64,000 nt of DNA from a virus (taxonomy: Duplodnaviria > Caudoviricetes). This document shows, piece after piece, positions 39,492-48,711 of this stretch. The DNA is taken from IMG/VR virus record IMGVR_UViG_3300014203_000001, positions 160,001-224,000 of that record, one strand, 5' to 3'. The stretch's first letter is position 1, and every line of letters begins with the position of its first letter. The notes beneath the pieces were generated by a model, which was given only the letters and a program-made list of their open reading frames with translations, had not been told where the DNA came from and did not search any database. The position numbers were made by a program, and so were the translations under genes.

Positions 39492-40811
39492 TAACGTTGA
39501 GCGTGGGCACCTTATACGGCGACGTATATGTAAAAACTCGTGAACGTAGAAATCTACGGTGTGTTATCGAATATTTCATTTGTATTAACTGCAGGAAATG
39601 GCAGCTAACGATAATGCTAACTGGGAACGTTTAAGTTTTTATATGGTATTATACATCATATAAAAATAAAATAATCCAGTGCTAAGCTGTATTGTAGTGA
39701 GAGGTGTAGTAAAAATGGCATCGATACCATTAAAAGAATCAGACTATGTAGGAAAGATTTATGGGAATCTTACAGTATTAAAATTCGATGGATACCGAGG
39801 AAACTCAACTAGTTTATGCGTATCAGTAGAATGTAAATGTGGAAATACCAAGTCTGTCCAACTTGGTAGTTTAAAACGCGGAACAACTAGAAGCTGTGGC
39901 TGTTTGAACAGAGTTAAAGTGGATGATTATATAGGAAAAACATATAATCGACTAACTGTTTTTGGGCATCATAGAAACGAGACGGGAGACTTATTCCTAG
40001 ATTGTGATTGTAAGTGTGGGAATACAGCATCTATCCGATTTTATGATGTACTCAGATCAGCGACTAAAAGCTGTGGGTGTTTAATTGCGGAAACGAATTC
40101 TATAAATAACAAAGCTAGAAAACAATATAATGAATTCGAATATATAGATGAAGATACTGTTAAAGTATGGCTATCTAACTGCAATGAATTTATGATCTGC
40201 GACTCTTCAACTTGGGATGTATTACGATATTATCTGTGGAGAAAACATCACGAAGGATATGCCACTGCCGATTTAGATGACGGTAGGATAGTTGCGTATC
40301 ATGTTGTAATATTAGAATGCCCAACTGGATATGTAAGAGATCATATAAATCGAAATAGATTAGATAATAGATATTCTAATTTAAGAGTTGTAACACCTAC
40401 AGCCAATGCTATAAATAGAACGCTTCTAGATAAAAACAAATCTGGACATCCTGGGGTCTATTTCGATAAATCTCGTAATAGATGGAGAAGTTTTTACGCA
40501 GATCCCATAACTAAACAAACAAAATTTTCTGATTTTACTACATATGAAGATGCTCTAAAAGATAGAATAGAAAAAGAGCAAACTTACTATAAGATAGAAA
40601 GTCTAACGACTAACAAAATTATTAATATCCCCATAGTTAGTAGAATAATAGCAGAACGGGTTAATATTAATAAGAGTAGATAGCTTAAGGGTGAAATTCC
40701 CTTAGGTGAAGCGCGAGACTCTCATGGTAGTCATTTGTATCATGAGATGATGATATAGTCTATTCCCCTAATAAATATCGGGAAACCGAGGGTACAACGA
40801 GAAGGAATAAG
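39492..40811 (+). mobile_element. Group I self-splicing intron in nrdD (1320 nt)
   Basis: 5' splice site GCU|UAA; IGS GGCAC (39506-39510) pairs exon GUGCU with a U.G pair; GUUGAGCGU pairs the 3' exon GCGCUCAAC (P10); P7 strands AACGACUA / GAUAUAGUC; omega-G at 40811. Splicing restores ESRA-GAQLPFSSI in frame. Confidence 0.95.
39715..40683 (+). CDS. Intron-encoded HNH homing endonuclease (Zn repeats + HNH + AP2-like)
   Basis: Two CKCG..SCGC repeats, DHINRNRLDNRYSNLR, SGHPGVYFDKSRNRW; RBS gaggtg. Confidence 0.9.
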   Translation: MASIPLKESDYVGKIYGNLTVLKFDGYRGNSTSLCVSVECKCGNTKSVQLGSLKRGTTRSCGCLNRVKVDDYIGKTYNRLTVFGHHRNETGDLFLDCDCKCGNTASIRFYDVLRSATKSCGCLIAETNSINNKARKQYNEFEYIDEDTVKVWLSNCNEFMICDSSTWDVLRYYLWRKHHEGYATADLDDGRIVAYHVVILECPTGYVRDHINRNRLDNRYSNLRVVTPTANAINRTLLDKNKSGHPGVYFDKSRNRWRSFYADPITKQTKFSDFTTYEDALKDRIEKEQTYYKIESLTTNKIINIPIVSRIIAERVNINKSR

Positions 40812-42476
40812 GGCGCTCAACTCCCCTTCTCATCAATTGATTTCGGAGATGATACTTCATTCGAAGGTAGAAAAATTACAGAGTGGTGTTTACGCGCTTC
40901 TATTGAAGGAATAGGAGAATTTCACCAAACTCCGATTTTTCCAATCTCAGTTTTTAAGCATAAGAAGGATATTAATGACAGACCAGGAACACCTAATTAT
41001 GATCTAAAACAGTTAGCAATAAAATCTTTATGTAAATCTATATATCCTAATATGGTAAATAGTGATTGGTCTATGAACTGTGCAGATAAATTACTTACTC
41101 AATATATTATTTCAGATGATAACATTCCAAAGGATGCCCTACTTAATATTAGAATCGGAAATAAATTTCATAAAAGAATAAAAGCTAACGAGTTATGGGA
41201 TAAAATTGTAGAATTAGATGATGCTAAGATTAGCCATACTTATCATATAAATGGCACTATATCTATAGATTTGAGATTTACTGATACTATTGTTTGCATC
41301 GATGATAAAAATAGTCAATATAAAGATTATTCATTATCTGTAGATGAATGTATGGCTAAGATAAACTATATTTCAATGGATAAATTTTCTTATAGTATAA
41401 CTACTGATAGTTTTGGATTTGATTATAATGAAAACGAACACTATCAACATCCAATTCCCGATTATGATTATGATACAGAAATGGCAACTATGGGATGCAG
41501 AACTTTAATAGGATATGATGTTAATGGCATGGGATATAAAAAAACAGGTAGAGGAAATGTAACTCCTGTTACTATTAACTTAGCTAAGATCGGTCTGGAC
41601 TATGGTATTGCACTAGGTAAAAGAGCAGAAGCGGATATCGATGGGTTTGCGACCAAACTAAACTGTATGTTAGAACTAGCAGAAAAGGCTTTATTAAATA
41701 GATTTAATTATATATGCTCTCAGAATTATAAATCTGGTAGGTTTATGTATGTAAATGGCGTAATAGCCGATTCTAAAGCTAGTATAGAAAAAGGTATATT
41801 TGAATCTATGAAACATGGAACTAATGCCATTGGTTATATTGGTGTTGGCGAAGCGATGTACGCACTTTTTGGTAAATATCATAACCAAGACAAGATAGTA
41901 TTAGAATTTGCAATTAAAGTTGTAGAAACTATACATAATTATGCTAAAGATGCTACTGCTCGTAATCACCTTAATTTCAGTGCATATGCGACTCCCGCCG
42001 AGGGCGCAAGTCATACTATATGTAAAAACTTACAAAAAGAATATGGTAAAATCTCTGGTGTTTGTGATAGAGAATATATCACAAATTCACATCACGTGCC
42101 AGTATTTGAACACGTATCAATATACGATAAAATTGATATTGAAAGCAAGTTTACTAAATACCCAGGCGGCGGGTGTATTACATATATTGAGATGGAATCT
42201 AATGTAATGAATAACCCATCTGCGGTGGAGAAAGTAATAAACTTTGCTATGAGTAAAGATATACCATACTTCGCAATTAATTTTCCAATAGATAATTGTA
42301 CTGAATGTGGATTCTCTTCAGAGATAGAAAATACTTGCCCTAAATGTGGCGCATCTTCTATATCTCGTCTACGCAGAGTTTCGGGCTACCTATCGACTTC
42401 CGTAGACAAGTTCAATAAAGGAAAACAAGCTGAGTGTAAGGATAGGTATAAACACTCTAAGAAAACAAAATTATAA
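40812..42476 (+). CDS. nrdD: Anaerobic ribonucleoside-triphosphate reductase, exon 2
   Basis: GAQLPFSSI, TPIFPI, MGCRT, GRGNV, YITNSHH, CTECG..CPKCG, glycyl-radical RVSGYL. Confidence 0.95.
   Translation, partial: GAQLPFSSIDFGDDTSFEGRKITEWCLRASIEGIGEFHQTPIFPISVFKHKKDINDRPGTPNYDLKQLAIKSLCKSIYPNMVNSDWSMNCADKLLTQYIISDDNIPKDALLNIRIGNKFHKRIKANELWDKIVELDDAKISHTYHINGTISIDLRFTDTIVCIDDKNSQYKDYSLSVDECMAKINYISMDKFSYSITTDSFGFDYNENEHYQHPIPDYDYDTEMATMGCRTLIGYDVNGMGYKKTGRGNVTPVTINLAKIGLDYGIALGKRAEADIDGFATKLNCMLELAEKALLNRFNYICSQNYKSGRFMYVNGVIADSKASIEKGIFESMKHGTNAIGYIGVGEAMYALFGKYHNQDKIVLEFAIKVVETIHNYAKDATARNHLNFSAYATPAEGASHTICKNLQKEYGKISGVCDREYITNSHHVPVFEHVSIYDKIDIESKFTKYPGGGCITYIEMESNVMNNPSAVEKVINFAMSKDIPYFAINFPIDNCTECGFSSEIENTCPKCGASSISRLRRVSGYLSTSVDKFNKGKQAECKDRYKHSKKTKL
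41079..41450 (+). other. In-frame 124 aa intein-like (probably degenerate) insert in NrdD
   Basis: Starts with Cys; ends SYSITTDSFGFDYN..HYQH, resembling intein blocks F/G but lacking the terminal Asn and a +1 nucleophile. Confidence 0.5.
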
Positions 42477-42520
42477 GATATACCCATGTAGATTATCTAC
42501 ATGGGTATTCTTCTCTATAG

Positions 42521-42562
42521 TTATATATTATATAGATGAGCAATATTAAATTGCATCAAACT
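42521..42562 (+). promoter_or_regulatory. Early promoter-like motif (copy 9) plus bulged-A hairpin
   Basis: TTATATATTATA-taga-TGA; TGA-GCAAT..ATTGC-A-TCA. Confidence 0.75.
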
Positions 42563-42578
42563 TTAGGAGAGATGTAAA

Positions 42579-43343
42579 ATGGAATTAGTTGTAGTAGGAA
42601 AGGATAATAAAGAAGAGATTGTTGAAAAGCTAAACAAATTCATCGGTACTCCAATTTTATTTTCTGGATTTGGGAGTATCAGGTATATATCCTCTGGAGA
42701 GGCGGCTAAAGACAAAACTAAAATAATAACATCTGGTAGTTCATATATGACTAGGGAAAGACCGATAGACAAAATACTCAAAATCGATATATCCAATGTT
42801 ATCAATTTGTTTACCACAGATATGCCTATACCATATAAGATATATGAAGGATCAATATTAGAAATTTACGATGATTTATTAATCGCACATCACAATCCAA
42901 TATCTGATAAATGGACAACTTCCACTTTTAATTTTACAGGGAAATCTATGTTTGATATTAGTAAGATTTCTCTTGTAGAAGTTAGTGAAGTCACTATTGA
43001 TACTTTAGTAGAAAAACTAAATATTTTTGTTGGTAAAAAATCTAGAATCGTTAGTTTTACTGATAATCTTATCATCAATACAGATGACAATAATAGAGTT
43101 ACTGATATTCATAACGATAATATATTTTCTGTAACAAAACAAAAAGAATTTGGAAAATTAATAGCTATAGAAAAATGTGATATATTAGGTGCTTTTAATA
43201 TAACAATGAAGTATGATAATAAAAAGGATAAAATATGTATAGATATGATATATGGTGGTGATGTGGTAGAGGTACATGAAAATTATATTGTTATTCACCG
43301 TAAAGATTCATGTATAATCAATACTTTATATTTTAACGATTAA
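42579..43343 (+). CDS. Two-domain member of paralog family P2
   Basis: Internal duplication IVEKLNKFIG / LVEKLNIFVG. Confidence 0.7.
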   Translation: MELVVVGKDNKEEIVEKLNKFIGTPILFSGFGSIRYISSGEAAKDKTKIITSGSSYMTRERPIDKILKIDISNVINLFTTDMPIPYKIYEGSILEIYDDLLIAHHNPISDKWTTSTFNFTGKSMFDISKISLVEVSEVTIDTLVEKLNIFVGKKSRIVSFTDNLIINTDDNNRVTDIHNDNIFSVTKQKEFGKLIAIEKCDILGAFNITMKYDNKKDKICIDMIYGGDVVEVHENYIVIHRKDSCIINTLYFND

Positions 43344-43392
43344 AAGAAAGGGAATATTCCCTTTCTTTTTTATTTTTAGGAGGTTAATTAAT

Positions 43393-43899
43393 ATGAAATA
43401 TGCCGATATATATTATGACGATATCGCTAATGGAGAAGGTGTAAGAGCTGTACTATTTGTTAGTGGATGTAATCATAAATGTAAAGGATGCCATAATAAA
43501 AAGACATGGGACTTTAATTACGGAGAAGAGTTTACTATAGAACAACAAAATGAAATTATAGAATATTGTAAGAGAGAATATGTGAGCGGAATCACCGTCA
43601 GTGGAGGAGATCCGATGTACTCTGCTAAAGAACTCATTCTTTTTGTAAAGAGATTTAAGAAGGAATGCCCTGATAAAGATATATGGATTTACAGCGGGTT
43701 TGATTATATGGATATATTAGAAGATAAGAATATGAAATCACTACTAAAGCTATGCGATGTTCTAGTCGATGGACCATACAAAAAAGAACTAAAAGATGAA
43801 ACTCTATCTTTTAAAGGATCTTATAATCAACGTATAATAGACATACGAGCTTCGCTATCTTTGAAATCAATTATTAATTGGGCTAGTACATTTTCATAA
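43393..43899 (+). CDS. nrdG: Anaerobic RNR activase (radical SAM)
   Basis: NGEGVR, CNHKCKGCHN, SGGDP, DVLVDG, GSYNQR. Confidence 0.95.
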   Translation: MKYADIYYDDIANGEGVRAVLFVSGCNHKCKGCHNKKTWDFNYGEEFTIEQQNEIIEYCKREYVSGITVSGGDPMYSAKELILFVKRFKKECPDKDIWIYSGFDYMDILEDKNMKSLLKLCDVLVDGPYKKELKDETLSFKGSYNQRIIDIRASLSLKSIINWASTFS

Positions 43900-43932
43900 T
43901 GGATAGAGAATGTCCACATAATAAAAGAGGAG

Positions 43933-44460
43933 ATGTTTATAATGAAATTTGAAAAAATTGGTGTTGAAACTTTCGCAGCGTTCTTATCTAGCAAAGGTGA
44001 TGCTATGGAGTCAACGCAACAACGGGAAGAAAAGATTACATATTTTTTAGAAGAGTTACCTTTACCTAAACGTGGCAGTGCTACTTCTGCGGGTTACGAT
44101 TTCACTTGCCCAGTAGATGTATATATCGAACCAGGAAAGAGAGTACTTATTCCTACAGGTATTAAAGTACAATTAGGTATTGATAAGATTCTTAGCTTAT
44201 ACCCACGTAGCAGCTTAGGAACCAAATCAGATTGTATGCTAGCTAACACGGTTGGTATCATCGATTCTGATTATTATGGTAATGAGAATAATGAAGGTCA
44301 TATCTTAGCTATGATCAAAAACAATTCAGATGTGGCTGTTCAAATTAAACAAGGTGATAGATTCTGCCAAGGTATCATTAATCAATTCTTTACAGTTGAA
44401 GGTGATACTATCGGAGAAGGAAAGAAAAGAATGGGTGGCTTAGGTAGTACAGGTAAATAA
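43933..44460 (+). CDS. dut: Trimeric dUTPase
   Basis: SAGYD, PRSSLG, GIIDSDYY, GDRFCQG, RMGGLGSTG. Confidence 0.95.
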   Translation: MFIMKFEKIGVETFAAFLSSKGDAMESTQQREEKITYFLEELPLPKRGSATSAGYDFTCPVDVYIEPGKRVLIPTGIKVQLGIDKILSLYPRSSLGTKSDCMLANTVGIIDSDYYGNENNEGHILAMIKNNSDVAVQIKQGDRFCQGIINQFFTVEGDTIGEGKKRMGGLGSTGK

Positions 44461-44477
44461 TTATAATAAATAAAAAT

Positions 44478-44514
44478 ATAGTGGACTAGTCTATAATGGC
44501 TAGTCCACTATTTC
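44478..44514 (+). terminator. Intrinsic terminator
   Basis: atagtggactag..ctagtccactat. Confidence 0.65.
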
Positions 44515-44531
44515 TGTATATAATTTCTCAA

Positions 44532-44571
44532 TTATATATTATATAGGTGAGTACAAATATATGATACTCAT
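44532..44571 (+). promoter_or_regulatory. Early promoter-like motif (copy 10) plus leader hairpin nearly identical to copy 1
   Basis: tgagtacaaatatatgatactc is shared with 1422..1443. Confidence 0.8.
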
Positions 44572-44592
44572 AAAATATAGGAGGTGTATGAA

Positions 44593-45120
44593 ATGAGTAA
44601 AAAGTATGAATTGACTAATACGACTAAAGAAATAAATGGTAGTAAAGTATACCAAATAAGGGCATTAAAAGACTTTGGTGGTGTAAAGACAGGAGATCTA
44701 GGTGGGTGGATAGAAAAAGAATCTAATCTATCTCATGAAGGAAATGCTTGGGTATATGGTAATGCTAAAGTATATGATAATAGTAAAGTATATTGTAATG
44801 CCATAGTATATGGTAATGCCTGGGTAAGTGGTAATGCTAAAGTATATGGTAATGCTAGAGTACATGGCGATGCTAGAGTACATGGTAATGCTAGAGTACA
44901 TGGTAAAGACGATATATTTTGGATATCTAATATAGGATCGGAAGGTGATACATTAACAGCTTATTTGGATAAAGATAATAATATATTAATTACTAGAGGA
45001 TGTTTTATAGGAACTATAGAAGAATTCGAAAAAGCTGTAGAGAAAACCCATGGTAATAATAAATATGGCGAGTTTTATAAAATGTTAATACCGCTCATTA
45101 CCCTAAAACTTAAATCATAA
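44593..45120 (+). CDS. Hexapeptide-repeat (left-handed beta-helix) protein
   Basis: IRALKDFG..GDLGGWIEKESNL followed by about nine [GD]NA[KRW]V[YH] hexapeptides. Confidence 0.85.
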   Translation: MSKKYELTNTTKEINGSKVYQIRALKDFGGVKTGDLGGWIEKESNLSHEGNAWVYGNAKVYDNSKVYCNAIVYGNAWVSGNAKVYGNARVHGDARVHGNARVHGKDDIFWISNIGSEGDTLTAYLDKDNNILITRGCFIGTIEEFEKAVEKTHGNNKYGEFYKMLIPLITLKLKS

Positions 45121-45137
45121 AGGTGGTAAACGAACCA

Positions 45138-47486
45138 ATGGAAACAATAAAGAATGTAAATGTTGCAACGCAACACAATGATGATTACAGAGGCTATGCC
45201 ATTTATGTAATCAGACAAAGAGCAATTCCAGATTATCGGGATGGATTAAAGTTAGTCCATAGAAGGATTCTATTTGCTATGTATCATGATCTTAGAGCTA
45301 CGCATAGCAAGATTAAAACACTTAGAGTTATTGGAGAGGTATTAGGAAAATATCATCCCCACGGAGATTCATCTGTAAACGATGCTATCAAACCAATGGT
45401 AAACTGGTTCGAGATTTATATGCCTTTAATAGAAGCTCATGGTAGCTTTGGTAATGCTATGGGCGCTAGAGCATCAGATCCAAGATATACAGGAGTATCA
45501 TTGAATAAATTTACAGTAGATTGTGTTATTTCTGAACTGCAAGAAGCTGCCAACTCTGTAGATTGGAAGAATAACTACGATGATGAATTTCTAGAACCAG
45601 TGTTCTTACCAGCTGCAGTTCCACTACTTTTAATTAACGGGGCATTTGGTATTGCCGTAGGGATGAAAACCCAAGTACCTAAGCATAATATCTCAGAAGT
45701 AATAGATGCTACTATTAGACTGATAGATCATCCTAATGCTGATATCGTATTAGTACCAGATAATCCTATGGGTAGTGATATTATCGAAACTGATTTCGCT
45801 TCTATCTCAAGAACAGGTAGAGGTAAATACATAGTCAGAGGAAGAATTGAAATAGGTGAGTACAAAGGCAAGCCAGCTTTGTATGTAAAATCCCTTCCAG
45901 ACATGGTATTCTTTAATTCTATCGAAGAGAAATTGGAAAAGATTATATTGGCAAATGGTTTACCTCAAGTCTCTGCAATAGAGAAACTATCATCTCTAGA
46001 TAAGGGTGGTAATGAAATATTCTCAGCTGTTATCGTTTTGAAGAAGGGGTCCGATCCTGAGTTCGTAAAGAATATTGTATATAATGCTACTGATATGCAG
46101 AAGGTTATTCCTGTTAACTTCGAAGTTATACAGAATGATACTCCTGTTCTTATGAACTATAAACAGTATCTTTTAAACTTCTTAGAGTTTAGAAGACAGA
46201 CCAAGTATAGAATGTATAGTAATAGATTACAAGAAGTTAAGACTAAAGTTCACGAAATCTATCTATATATCTTAGCTATGGAATCTGGAGAGATCGATAA
46301 TATTATTCAGATGATTCGTACCCAAAAAGGTACAGATAGAAATGAGAATATCGAATATCTTGTAAAGAAATTAAAAGTAACTACTTTGCAGGCTAAGTTT
46401 ATACTAAGTACTAATTTAGAGAAATTCTCTGCTGGTTATCTAGCAAAATATAAACAAGAAGTAGCTAAGAATGAAGAGAAGGTACAAGAATTTATTCAAA
46501 AGATTACTATTCCTGGAGAGATTGATAAAGAACTTAGAGAAGAGTTAATGATGTTCAAAAAGAAATATGGATGCCCCAGAAGAAGCAAAATTATTTCTCA
46601 ATCAGAGGTATCAGGAATTCCAGAGGGTATATTCAAATTAGTATTCACAAAGAATAACTTTATCAAGAAGATAGGAGAGCATGAGAATATTGGATCTATG
46701 AGTGGAGATGAAGTACGATATATCTTCACTGCTAACAATACAGATAATCTTCTTATGTTTGATAGTGCAGGTAAAGTATACAAATTACCAGTACATAAGA
46801 TTCCATTTGCAGCTAAAGGTTCTAATGGTATTGATATTAGAATGATTAATAAATACTTTAGTGCTAATATCTGCTGCATTGTAACAGAGTCTATGGTAGC
46901 CAGTATTGCTAAGAATAAGCAAAACTTTATCTACGTTATTACTGAAAACGGATTCATTAAGAGAATGGATCTAGATGATTTCTTAACAGTCCAGTTTAGC
47001 GGTACTATATTCGTTAAATTAGAAGATGGTGATATGGTTAAAGATATTATCTTCATGCCAGAGCAATGTGATATTCTTATATACTCTAGACATAAAGTAT
47101 TAAGAATCAACGGATCTGAAGCTCCTCATCTAAGAAGAATTACCAAAGGTAATAAAGCTATGGATACAAATTATCAAATAGATGGGTTTAGTTGTTTATA
47201 TCCTGGAGCTACAGATATAGTAGTTGTTACCGAATCTGGTAGAATAAATAGAGTATCGATACATGGAGTTCCTTTATCTACTAGAGCAAGAGCAGGACAA
47301 AGCATTATTAAGCTAGGTAAGACAGATAATATCAAAAAAATACTTGTATGTAAACCTAGCAATGTAGTAAAGATCACAGTTAATAATGAGATCAAAAGAA
47401 TTCCAGTATGTGATATCCCAGAAGGATCTTCTATTAGTGCTGGAAACAAAATGGTTTCAAATCCACTTAAAGTGGAGTTGGAGTAG
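45138..47486 (+). CDS. gyrA: Type IIA topoisomerase subunit A (GyrA/ParC)
   Basis: RAIPDYRDGLK, YHPHGDSS, catalytic PRYT, GIAVGM, C-terminal beta-pinwheel repeats. Confidence 0.95.
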   Translation: METIKNVNVATQHNDDYRGYAIYVIRQRAIPDYRDGLKLVHRRILFAMYHDLRATHSKIKTLRVIGEVLGKYHPHGDSSVNDAIKPMVNWFEIYMPLIEAHGSFGNAMGARASDPRYTGVSLNKFTVDCVISELQEAANSVDWKNNYDDEFLEPVFLPAAVPLLLINGAFGIAVGMKTQVPKHNISEVIDATIRLIDHPNADIVLVPDNPMGSDIIETDFASISRTGRGKYIVRGRIEIGEYKGKPALYVKSLPDMVFFNSIEEKLEKIILANGLPQVSAIEKLSSLDKGGNEIFSAVIVLKKGSDPEFVKNIVYNATDMQKVIPVNFEVIQNDTPVLMNYKQYLLNFLEFRRQTKYRMYSNRLQEVKTKVHEIYLYILAMESGEIDNIIQMIRTQKGTDRNENIEYLVKKLKVTTLQAKFILSTNLEKFSAGYLAKYKQEVAKNEEKVQEFIQKITIPGEIDKELREELMMFKKKYGCPRRSKIISQSEVSGIPEGIFKLVFTKNNFIKKIGEHENIGSMSGDEVRYIFTANNTDNLLMFDSAGKVYKLPVHKIPFAAKGSNGIDIRMINKYFSANICCIVTESMVASIAKNKQNFIYVITENGFIKRMDLDDFLTVQFSGTIFVKLEDGDMVKDIIFMPEQCDILIYSRHKVLRINGSEAPHLRRITKGNKAMDTNYQIDGFSCLYPGATDIVVVTESGRINRVSIHGVPLSTRARAGQSIIKLGKTDNIKKILVCKPSNVVKITVNNEIKRIPVCDIPEGSSISAGNKMVSNPLKVELE

Positions 47487-47487
47487 A

Positions 47488-47619
47488 ATGGGAGAGATAT
47501 CAATTGTAGAACTTTTAAAATTTTCCCTTCTGTTAGCAATACCATCCACTATACTTATAATTATACATGTATTTCTTATACTATTAATAGTAAAACTATT
47601 TTTAAAGGATAACTTTTAA
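47488..47619 (+). CDS. Small membrane protein (43 aa)
   Basis: RBS ggag; single long hydrophobic helix. Confidence 0.5.
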   Translation: MGEISIVELLKFSLLLAIPSTILIIIHVFLILLIVKLFLKDNF

Positions 47620-47643
47620 AAGTTATCCTTTTATTTTAAGGAG

Positions 47644-48045
47644 ATGAATAATATGGATAATTGTATTAAGATAAATATGAATACTATATTAGAAGTTTTT
47701 GGTATATTAAAATCATTAGAAGGAAATAAATTTAATAAAGAAGCTTACTTATTTCAGCAAACAACATATCATAATATTGAAGAAATAATAGAAGAGTATG
47801 TGAGTAAAGATAAATTCGAACCAAATGAAGAGATTACTGTTACCGAAGTGGCAATGACAGATTTTAATAGGAGAATAGTTTTAGATTTTGACGACGGATC
47901 TACTGAAAATATAGATATAGATCTCGGGACTATATTAGACGATGAAAATTATATGGAAATCAGAAATACTAATAACTGTATTATTATCATTTTAAAGCAA
48001 TGGAAATATGGTAGACTCGTAAAGCTTTATATGAGTGATAAATAA
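47644..48045 (+). CDS. Hypothetical protein, likely family P2
   Basis: LDFDDGSTENIDIDLGTIL resembles LTLSDGSTTEIHMGNTL of 51583. Confidence 0.65.
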   Translation: MNNMDNCIKINMNTILEVFGILKSLEGNKFNKEAYLFQQTTYHNIEEIIEEYVSKDKFEPNEEITVTEVAMTDFNRRIVLDFDDGSTENIDIDLGTILDDENYMEIRNTNNCIIIILKQWKYGRLVKLYMSDK

Positions 48046-48590
48046 ATGAAAACACGATATAGAATTTTTAGGATTAAAGATGATCGTAGTTTAGTATTAG
48101 CAAAATTTCATAATACAGAGAATGGGTTTTCTTCACATGAAGAGGCAGAGAAAGCTTTAGAAAAGCTTCTAGATAAGGAAACCCAAGTCACTTATCTTAT
48201 TATGCCAGCGTATAGCTATAATAAAATTGTTAAATCAGAGAAAGCAACTATTTATACATTCAAAGATATGCATAAATGTATAGAAAAAATAAATGAATTT
48301 ATACAGCAATCAGAATATGTATCTTGGGCATATGGAATTTTTAGTGATGACAAATTTGATATATTGAAAGGACCAACTAAGATAAAAATCTATAGCTATC
48401 AATTAGTACTATAGATGGTACTCATCTATTCTATGAAATTAAGGACCGTGATAGAAACCAAAGGGGATGTATCCAATCAAGAATAAAAGAACCCGCTATA
48501 TGTATAATGATACGAGGAAATACAATATACATTCCTACTGGAGCAGATGATCCTTCTGAACACTATTCATTTACATTATTAGAAGATTAG
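48046..48590 (+). pseudogene. Hypothetical gene with an apparent frameshift near 48395
   Basis: An alternative frame is open from 48399 to 48590 (SISTIDGTHLFYEIK..YSFTLLED*) and ends just before the terminator at about 48601. Confidence 0.55.
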
Positions 48591-48653
48591 GTGATAATAT
48601 AAGAGATAGTAAATAGCTATCTCTTTATTTTTTGTAATACTTAGTTATTTTAG

Positions 48654-48710
48654 TCATATATTATATAAGTGAGCAATAATAAAATATTGTATCTTATATT
48701 GAGGTGATAT
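48654..48710 (+). promoter_or_regulatory. Early promoter/leader cassette (copy 11)
   Basis: About 55 bp, near-identical to 57956.. and 59511.. Confidence 0.8.
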
Positions 48711-48711
48711 T

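Noticed and set aside
38496-42476. nrdD as two separate genes or a pseudogene
   Set aside because: Group I intron signals restore a single continuous frame.
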